Assembly: GCA_026986575.1 (NCBI GenBank)
Contig: JALSOH010000004.1
Location: forward strand, 288,001 to 352,000
Direction: 5' to 3'
Length of the DNA stretch: 64,000 nucleotides
Origin: Thermoproteota archaeon
Lineage (GTDB): Archaea > Korarchaeota > Korarchaeia > Korarchaeales > Korarchaeaceae
This document shows positions 57,452 through 64,000 of this stretch, piece after piece (within the stretch, counting starts at the first letter, position 1; the number at the start of each line of letters is the position of its first letter). The notes below the pieces were generated by a model. The model saw only the letters and a program-made list of their open reading frames with translations. It did no database searches and was not told the DNA's origin. The position numbers were made by a program, and so were the translations under genes.

Positions 57452-58795
57452 ATGCAATACGTGGTCGTGGGGCATGGCACAGCCGGGCAGACAGCTGCAG
57501 CCGTTTTGAAGAAGATGGATCCGGATTCGGAAGTTTACGTGATAGAAAAGGGAAAGCATGTCTCCATTCATCCATGTGCCTTGCCTATGGTCTTGGGAGG
57601 CAGACTACCACTGGAAACGGTCATAGAGACGGCGCCAAAGGGGAGGATAAACGTGCTTCTCAGATCAGAGGCGAAACACATTAACTTGGAAGATAAAACC
57701 CTCATCTTTGAGAGAGACGGTGAGACAGATGAGATACCTTACGACCGGCTGATAATAGCTACCGGACTCAAACCCATATTCCCCAAGGTTGAGGGCATGG
57801 ACCTAGAAGGGGTCGGAACCGTGTGGGACGTCGAATCCGTCGAGAGGCTCAGCAGAGCCTTGGGGAACATAGTGGTCGTGGTTGGTGGTAGCGCTACGGG
57901 AATAGAGGTCGCAGCAGAGCTAGCTAGAACTGGTCGAGATGTAACTCTAATAGAGGCTATGGGACAGCTCATGCCCGGGAAGATAGATCCCCCAATAGCC
58001 TCATCCGTAGCCAAGGCGCTCACTGACATGGGAGTCAAGGTAAAGCTGAAGACGCCCATGACCAAGCTGGAGGGATCGGGTGGCAGGCTCCGATATGTTG
58101 TAACTCCTGCCGGGAAGATAGAGGCTGAAACGGCCGTGGTCGTCATAGGAGCCAAGCCTAATTCAGATTTAGCCGCTGCATCAGGGTTGAAGATAGGAGA
58201 CACTGGTGCCATCAAGGTGGACGATTACCTATTCACATCAGACCCTCATGTCCTCGCTGCAGGCGATGTCGCTGAGGTGAGGGATTTCGTAACGGGTCAG
58301 CCAACTGCAACCGGCTTGGCATCAACAGCTCTTGTTCAAGGTAGAATAGCGGCCGAGAACGCAGCAGGCCTTAAAGTCAGATACAAAGGGGCTCTTTCCC
58401 CGTATTTGGTCTCTGTGGGTGAGTACTGGTTCGGTGGGGTCGGTATATCGGCTAGTAAGGCGGAAAAACTCGGGATGGAATACAGAGCATTCAGGTTTGC
58501 TGGATCTGACCTTCCGAGATACATGCCGGAGAGAGACAGGTTCGTGGTGTGGCTGGTGACTGGTCCCAAGGGAAGACTATTGGGCGCTCAGGTCTTCGGT
58601 AGGAGGGGGGTGAGGGAAAGGGTGGTCTTCCTGACGGCCGCCATTTATGCGGGCTTTCATGTACAGGACATGAGGCTGATGGAGTTCGCTTATCAGCCAG
58701 AGGTATGTGACCTGTTAGATCCGGTTGCAGTGGCTGCGGAGGGGATGAGCAGGAAGTACCGGCTATTGGAACCTGCCGGTGACAAGATTGGCTAG
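57452..58795 (+). CDS. FAD-dependent NADH oxidase / CoA-disulfide reductase family
   Basis: GHGTAG, PCALP redox Cys, IATG, AAGD, FAYQP. Confidence 0.88.
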   Translation: MQYVVVGHGTAGQTAAAVLKKMDPDSEVYVIEKGKHVSIHPCALPMVLGGRLPLETVIETAPKGRINVLLRSEAKHINLEDKTLIFERDGETDEIPYDRLIIATGLKPIFPKVEGMDLEGVGTVWDVESVERLSRALGNIVVVVGGSATGIEVAAELARTGRDVTLIEAMGQLMPGKIDPPIASSVAKALTDMGVKVKLKTPMTKLEGSGGRLRYVVTPAGKIEAETAVVVIGAKPNSDLAAASGLKIGDTGAIKVDDYLFTSDPHVLAAGDVAEVRDFVTGQPTATGLASTALVQGRIAAENAAGLKVRYKGALSPYLVSVGEYWFGGVGISASKAEKLGMEYRAFRFAGSDLPRYMPERDRFVVWLVTGPKGRLLGAQVFGRRGVRERVVFLTAAIYAGFHVQDMRLMEFAYQPEVCDLLDPVAVAAEGMSRKYRLLEPAGDKIG

Positions 58796-59017
58796 CAGCC
58801 CTCTGGGCCTCCGGCCCACCCAGTAAACTTCCTTATCCAACAATCTAGCAAGGAAAGCGATCAGAGAGGTATCTGGATCCGAGCAACCGCCATCGATCAC
58901 CACGGAGTCGACGCTTAGAATGGTTTTAACGACCTCCTCCCATCCCTTATCGGTCTCTATCGGAACTCCATCGGGAAGGGAGTTACATCTAGGAAGATAG
59001 GCCACCTTCTCAGCCAT
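58763..59017 (-). CDS. Small hypothetical protein (possibly degenerate nucleoside deoxyribosyltransferase-like)
   Basis: ILSVDSVVI...DPDTSLIAFLARLLDKEVY pattern; overlaps the DUF354 stop. Confidence 0.5.
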   Translation of the reverse strand: MAEKVAYLPRCNSLPDGVPIETDKGWEEVVKTILSVDSVVIDGGCSDPDTSLIAFLARLLDKEVYWVGRRPRGLLANLVTGRFQ

Positions 59018-60044
59018 TAATCTCACCTAAGATGGAAGCGATTACGTCCCTGGGATCCTCAAGGGCAAGCAACATATTTCTCGTGTCCACAATGAAGGAA
59101 TCGGGGTCCTTAAGTATGTTCGCCACCAGACGCTCGGCTTCCTCCAACTTCCTAGATCTCCAGATGGGGAAACCTCTCTCTTTCAGATACTCGTTGACAT
59201 GCAATTTCACATCGAGCGGAAACACAGATATGGAAGGAGTCCCCAAGAGTGCTGCCTCCCGTGCCATGGTTCCCCCACCAGTTATCACTAGGGAAATCTT
59301 GCTGAAGAGATCCAGCGTGTCCACAGCATCCCTTAAAACTAAGAGCCTTCCCTCCCTAAAGGCCCTCATTCTACTGAGTTCCTCGACTTGACTCTCATAC
59401 CTCGGTTTGACTATGACCTCCGCCCCCATCTCTAGTACAGCCTTTACGAGTTCCAGCGCTATAGACCCACTTCTCCCAAGCAAATAGGAGGCGCCACCCT
59501 CCTCAGGTCTTATGAATACCTTGAACTCCCTACTCGCAGGCGGGGTCGATAGGGCGTAATCTCTCACCCAAGCAACCTCATCTACGCCAGCATAAGAGAT
59601 CAAGGAGTCCTTAGAAGCCCCTAATCGGAGCATCTCATTCTCCGGAATGGCTTCTGGATAAACAACTTTCCAAGATAGAGGAAAGGTCAGCCTGGCGACG
59701 TGATATGAATGGGGTGTGTCATTCATGGTAATAGCCTTGATAGAGAGGCCGAAAGCCACTCTAACTGCCTCAGGTGAGGAGAAAGATATCAAAACGTCTG
59801 GATCAAAGTTCACGACGACGTCTAGCAATAGTTCAACTCTCTCAGCGTAAGATAAGAGCTTATCCTTGAGTCCCTTGATGGCATACCTCCCCACGACCTT
59901 ATGCCTGCTCCCCAGCTTCTTCAGCAGGGATACTGACTCCTCTAATCCCTTTACGGTTATCAAGTAGTCTGAATTCAAGAAAGAAGCTATAGCTGCCATC
60001 AATCTAGCCTGCTTGGGAGTTATGACATCGAGCCAGACCTTCAT
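59010..60044 (-). CDS. DUF354 GT-B-fold protein
   Basis: VWLDVITPKQ, SSPEAVRVAFGL, GGGTMAREAALLG. Confidence 0.85.
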   Translation of the reverse strand: MKVWLDVITPKQARLMAAIASFLNSDYLITVKGLEESVSLLKKLGSRHKVVGRYAIKGLKDKLLSYAERVELLLDVVVNFDPDVLISFSSPEAVRVAFGLSIKAITMNDTPHSYHVARLTFPLSWKVVYPEAIPENEMLRLGASKDSLISYAGVDEVAWVRDYALSTPPASREFKVFIRPEEGGASYLLGRSGSIALELVKAVLEMGAEVIVKPRYESQVEELSRMRAFREGRLLVLRDAVDTLDLFSKISLVITGGGTMAREAALLGTPSISVFPLDVKLHVNEYLKERGFPIWRSRKLEEAERLVANILKDPDSFIVDTRNMLLALEDPRDVIASILGEING

Positions 60045-60418
60045 CCAGAACCTTCCTTCCCCGATTCCCTTTTCAGGGACTCTAATGTATTTTCTAGGAA
60101 CGAGAGACCCTCATCGAGGAGCTTCCGTCCCGACTCAGTTATCTCGTAGTAATTTCTCATCTTACCTGTGTCTTCGCCCTTCCTCTTAGACATCTTTACA
60201 TATCCTTTGGATTTGAGGGATCTCATCACTATGTACGCAGTTACTCTAGCCGGTCTCCACCCGAACCTCTCCTCTATTAGATCCGATATCTCGTATGGAT
60301 ATGCTGGTCTCTCTCTGAGGATGGATAGCACGTATAACCACAGGTTCTCCTTCGTTAGCTTGTCTTTCAACCTCTGAAGGGGCGCGGGGAGCCTACCCGA
60401 CGTACTCCGCGGACTCAT
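60041..60418 (-). CDS. PadR-family transcriptional regulator
   Basis: NLWLYVL, YPYEI, RNYYEITESG. Confidence 0.88.
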   Translation of the reverse strand: MSPRSTSGRLPAPLQRLKDKLTKENLWLYVLSILRERPAYPYEISDLIEERFGWRPARVTAYIVMRSLKSKGYVKMSKRKGEDTGKMRNYYEITESGRKLLDEGLSFLENTLESLKRESGKEGSG

Positions 60419-61160
60419 CCATCTCACCGTGTCCTCCTAGTTCCTCCCTGATTCTGCGTTCTATTTCCTTTATCAGCTCACTCTTTATCCTTTCTATCTC
60501 CTCTATCTGCTTGTCTATCATCTCAAAGTCCAAGCCCAATGAGAAGGTCTTGTCCAAGACCTCAAGCACTCCCTTCGCTGCCTTGGGATCCGGTGAATAA
60601 TCAGGGGCCACTCCGCTCAGTACCACGCTGTTTAATCCCCTTATTTTAGCCATACCCAACATCGAACCAGCTAGGCCGATAACGGACTTGATCAAACTTT
60701 CCTTAAGGGCGCCAGCACCTAAAAACCTACTCAACAGTTCTTCATCGTCGCCGAAAGCTAGGACCTTGCCAGCATAGTTCTCATCCACGAAACCTGTCAC
60801 CACCACGGTCTCAGTTACCCTCATCTTATCAAGGATCTCCAAGACCTTGCTCGCAACCTCCATTCCTCCCCATGGAACTGGCTGGACATCGCTGGTCACC
60901 AGAGCTATTGGTGGATCTTTGGCTTGAAACACGGATATCGACGGGAGTGTGAACCTCCCCCCCTCGAGCACGGAAATGCCCACCATGTTGTTGGGAAACA
61001 TGAGGTACTCCGAGTAGATCTTAGCTATTGGAACCGGATCTAAATTCTTTATCAGGTAAGTTATCACTTGCTCGCCGACATTGGCCATGCCAGGGAACCC
61101 TAGCACGGCTACATCGGCCTTTAAAGGCTCAGAGATTTCTTTGACCTTCATCCATCCCAT
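60393..61160 (-). CDS. PAC2-family proteasome assembly chaperone
   Basis: GFPGMANVG, DVQP, PDPKAA, C-terminal EYVG. Confidence 0.88.
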   Translation of the reverse strand: MGWMKVKEISEPLKADVAVLGFPGMANVGEQVITYLIKNLDPVPIAKIYSEYLMFPNNMVGISVLEGGRFTLPSISVFQAKDPPIALVTSDVQPVPWGGMEVASKVLEILDKMRVTETVVVTGFVDENYAGKVLAFGDDEELLSRFLGAGALKESLIKSVIGLAGSMLGMAKIRGLNSVVLSGVAPDYSPDPKAAKGVLEVLDKTFSLGLDFEMIDKQIEEIERIKSELIKEIERRIREELGGHGEMDESAEYVG

Positions 61161-61220
61161 TTCCCTTACCCTTCCCCTTAGGGGGGCGACGTATTAAATA
61201 AGGGGCAGTTCAAAAATCGT

Positions 61221-62519
61221 ATGAAAAAGGTAATGCTCATCATCTTGGATGGCTTGGGGGACAGGCCCCATCCCTCATTAAAGTACCTGACGCCCCTTCA
61301 GGCTGCGGAAATACCGAACATGGATCTCATGGCATCTAAAGGTCTATTGGGTATGCAGTACCCAATAGCTCCGGGAATCCCCCCGGGGAGTGACACAGGG
61401 CACCTCTCCCTGTTCGGCTATAGCTTAGACGAGGAGTACCCAGGGAGAGGAATATTTGAAGCCTTGGGAGAGGGCATAACACCGAGAGGCGGCGTCGCTT
61501 TTAGGGCCAACTTCGCCACAGTCTCCGAGAGGAACGGTGAACTAATAGTGGAAGATAGGAGGGCTGGAAGGATATCTGGAGAAGATGCGGAGATCTTAGC
61601 CTCCGATATATCCAGAATGAGCCTCTTGGGGGGTGAGGTAGAGGCAGAGTTCGTGCATACCCTAGAGCATAGAGGCTTCCTTATCCTGAGGGGAAACGGC
61701 CTTAGCAGTCAGGTAACCGATGTTGATCCACATGAGGCAGGATACCCTATTTTAGAACCCCTACCCATCGAAGAGGAAGCGATCAAAACAGCCAGAGCTC
61801 TGAAGGAATTCCTCATAAGATCCCACGAGATCCTTAAAGGGCATGAAGTCAACAGGAGGAGGGTTATAGAGGGCAAACCGCCAGCAAACTTCATATTGCC
61901 AAGAGGAGCCTCGAAACTGGTTAATCTAGAGAGATTCAGCGATAGATGGGGTTTTAACCCAGCAGCAGTTGCTGCCGGTCCCATGTACAAGGGAATAGCT
62001 AGAGCCTTGGGGTTCAAGGTGCATCATCCAGAGGGGGCCACGGGACTTCCCGACTCCAATTTCCGTGGAAAGATCAGTGAAGCGCTGGATCTTTTGGGGG
62101 AGTTTGACTTCATATATGTGCACATGAAGGGCACAGACGTTGCATCCCATAGGAAAGACCCCAAGTTAAAGGTCGAGGTCTTGGAGAGGATAGACGAGGC
62201 CTTGGAGCAGATCACAGACCCACCTGAAGATCTGCTGGTGGTGATCACGGGAGACCACGCCACTCCCTGTCTGCTGGGCAAGCACAGCGGAGATCCCGTT
62301 CCAATCCTCTTCTTCGGAAAGGGTCTGCCTAGGGATGACGCTTCCAATTTCCACGAACTGGACGCATCACTAGGGGGAGCAGGTTGGTTCCTCGGAGGAG
62401 ACCTCATGAAGCTAATTCTGAACTACTCGGATAGATCTCTGGAGTACGGCCTGAGACCATTACCTAGTAAGAAATGGTACATACCAAGGAGGGAGGAACT
62501 GACCCCCTTCAGGTTCTAG
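61221..62519 (+). CDS. apgM: 2,3-BPG-independent phosphoglycerate mutase (archaeal)
   Basis: DGLGD, PGSDTGH, TDVASH, TGDHATP, HSGDPVP. Confidence 0.93.
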   Translation: MKKVMLIILDGLGDRPHPSLKYLTPLQAAEIPNMDLMASKGLLGMQYPIAPGIPPGSDTGHLSLFGYSLDEEYPGRGIFEALGEGITPRGGVAFRANFATVSERNGELIVEDRRAGRISGEDAEILASDISRMSLLGGEVEAEFVHTLEHRGFLILRGNGLSSQVTDVDPHEAGYPILEPLPIEEEAIKTARALKEFLIRSHEILKGHEVNRRRVIEGKPPANFILPRGASKLVNLERFSDRWGFNPAAVAAGPMYKGIARALGFKVHHPEGATGLPDSNFRGKISEALDLLGEFDFIYVHMKGTDVASHRKDPKLKVEVLERIDEALEQITDPPEDLLVVITGDHATPCLLGKHSGDPVPILFFGKGLPRDDASNFHELDASLGGAGWFLGGDLMKLILNYSDRSLEYGLRPLPSKKWYIPRREELTPFRF

Positions 62520-63498
62520 TCCACAAATCTCTATCCCTTCTCACCCTTTCCAGATTGAGCGGCCGAACTAAGTCCCGGTGAAGGAAAGTAGACAGCTCTT
62601 TCTTAAACTGACAGGCCTTACACATCTCCGTCGTGGTTGGTTCACCGCATACACGGCATCTCCTAAGTTGTACATCTGCCGATAACCCATGGGAGATCAG
62701 AGAGAATGTCTGAAGTGCCTTAACCTTGATACCGGGGATGTGGTCCTCTAAGTCGTCTATCTCCCTCCTCACACCTATCCTCATCCCCTGGGTGAAGGGA
62801 CACTTACCTAGATGGGCGGGAATCTTTTTGGCCACAACTAATGTAGCGACCTCCCTCTCATAGACCATCTTCAGCGGTCTGACTCTAGGTACAAGCCCCT
62901 CCTCCATCTTTCTCTCATGTCTGAGAGTCTTCACTAGGGCGTTGATGTCTCCCCTCGACAGGTTCATCGCTGCCGTCTGGACCAGATCATCGAGGTTGTG
63001 CCCTGTCACAACGACAGTCGCCCCTATTTCCCTAGCAATCGCGTTCAAAGCTTGTCTCCTAAGGACTCCACAGTAGGTGCATGGACTCCTCTTCCAGTCG
63101 GCAGGAAGCATGAAATCCAGCTCTTCTATGGATAGACCATGAATCTCCTCCATTGTATACGTCCTATGTCTCACCCCGAGCTCATTAGCCAATTTCTCAG
63201 CGAGCTTCACGGAGGCCTTCCTGTAGAAGGTCCCTTCATCTACAGTAACAGAGAGCAGGCTAAGCTTCATGTCTGAATGAGCGTCAGCGAACTCCTTTGT
63301 GAGGAGAAGAGCAAGGGAGCTGTCCTTTCCCCCTGAGTGAGCAATCATCACCTTGTCCCTCGCCACTAGCTCATCCTTCAAAACCTGCCAAGCTCTCCTC
63401 CTCACGGACCTCATAAGACAGTCGGCGCATACCGATATCCCCCTGCTGTGGTCCGTGTACACGGCCTCATTGTACCCACAAAGGTCGCACTTCCTCAA
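62509..63498 (-). CDS. ttuA: tRNA 2-thiolation enzyme (TtuA/NcsA family)
   Basis: N- and C-terminal Zn fingers, SGGKDS, PCTYCG, TGHNLDD, CPF. Confidence 0.88.
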   Translation of the reverse strand: MRKCDLCGYNEAVYTDHSRGISVCADCLMRSVRRRAWQVLKDELVARDKVMIAHSGGKDSSLALLLTKEFADAHSDMKLSLLSVTVDEGTFYRKASVKLAEKLANELGVRHRTYTMEEIHGLSIEELDFMLPADWKRSPCTYCGVLRRQALNAIAREIGATVVVTGHNLDDLVQTAAMNLSRGDINALVKTLRHERKMEEGLVPRVRPLKMVYEREVATLVVAKKIPAHLGKCPFTQGMRIGVRREIDDLEDHIPGIKVKALQTFSLISHGLSADVQLRRCRVCGEPTTTEMCKACQFKKELSTFLHRDLVRPLNLERVRRDRDLWTRT

Positions 63499-63725
63499 CG
63501 ATCTTCCCCCGAGCTCTTCCTAGGGCTCTCATGGTAAGTTATCCTTAACCACGTGATAACATCCTCATCGTCCAAGTAGGAATCGTCAGCTCTTGGCTCT
63601 CCGTTCACTAGGAGGAGGGTGCTCCACTTGCTTACACCAAGCATCCCATAAAGATCACCCACCATGGTATTCCAAGGCAGTTCCACTTCTCTACCGGCCA
63701 AGAACACTTTAATGGTCCCCTTCAT
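63495..63725 (-). CDS. ThiS/TtuB-like beta-grasp protein without C-terminal GG
   Basis: VGDL..MLG, LLVNGE, LDDEDVI; ends SSGEDR; start ATG 63725 behind GGGGGA. Confidence 0.7.
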   Translation of the reverse strand: MKGTIKVFLAGREVELPWNTMVGDLYGMLGVSKWSTLLLVNGEPRADDSYLDDEDVITWLRITYHESPRKSSGEDR

Positions 63726-63744
63726 ATATCCCCCGGTGTCAACG

Positions 63745-64000
63745 ATGTTCCTCTCTAAAAAGGCGAACCTGAAAGGTGTATCCTTGGAGGGAGATGTAAC
63801 AGTTATTGGCCCCTCATCCATCGGCTCAGGCACAGTTTTGGGGATGTACTCCGTCGTGGGATACCCCACTTACCGCAAGATCAGGTCCTTGAGTGAGAAG
63901 GACTTGGTATTTTACGATGACCTGAGCGAGGGAGCCGTTATTGGAGAGAACTGCTTTCTGAGAAGTCACTCAGTCGTATACGAGAGGGCGAAAATAGGGA
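63745..64000 (+). CDS. Hexapeptide-repeat acyltransferase (3' end outside window)
   Basis: Hand translation MFLSKKANL...IGPSSIGSGTVLG...VVGYP...AVIGENCFLRSHSVVYERAKIG. Confidence 0.8.
   Translation, partial: MFLSKKANLKGVSLEGDVTVIGPSSIGSGTVLGMYSVVGYPTYRKIRSLSEKDLVFYDDLSEGAVIGENCFLRSHSVVYERAKIG

Overview
A gene-dense 64 kb window of core genome from a thermophilic archaeon. Gene content, GGTGA-type Shine-Dalgarno (SD) sites, BRE/TATA promoters and a BHB tRNA intron fit a TACK lineage such as Korarchaeota; the taxonomy is inferred. It holds two 2-oxoacid:ferredoxin oxidoreductase operons, a Liv-type ABC importer, OTCase plus carbamate kinase, TrpB2, HisD, HisRS, GlyRS, a MacB-type ABC exporter, proteostasis and tRNA-thiolation genes, three tRNAs (Pro-TGG, intron-containing Met-CAT, Lys-TTT), one vapBC pair and two candidate box C/D guide RNAs. 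No CRISPR array, integrase or transposase was seen. Main finding: two unlinked loci carry a near-identical micro-ORF, ATG GGG GAT YTA GTT [sensor codon] NNN stop. It reads MGDLV-W-P* in front of trpB2 and (M)MGDLV-H-L* inside the hisD / solute-binding protein / hisS cluster. In both, only a +1 shift at or just after the sensor codon is productive. At the Trp locus the +1 frame runs 43 codons and stops in an ATGA overlap with the trpB2 start. At the His locus it supplies the missing start of a Tat-signal solute-binding protein. This suggests an amino-acid-sensing +1 ribosomal frameshift switch; the mechanism is inference. Also notable are several genes that appear to need CTG/ATA/ACG starts and several proteins that have lost catalytic motifs.
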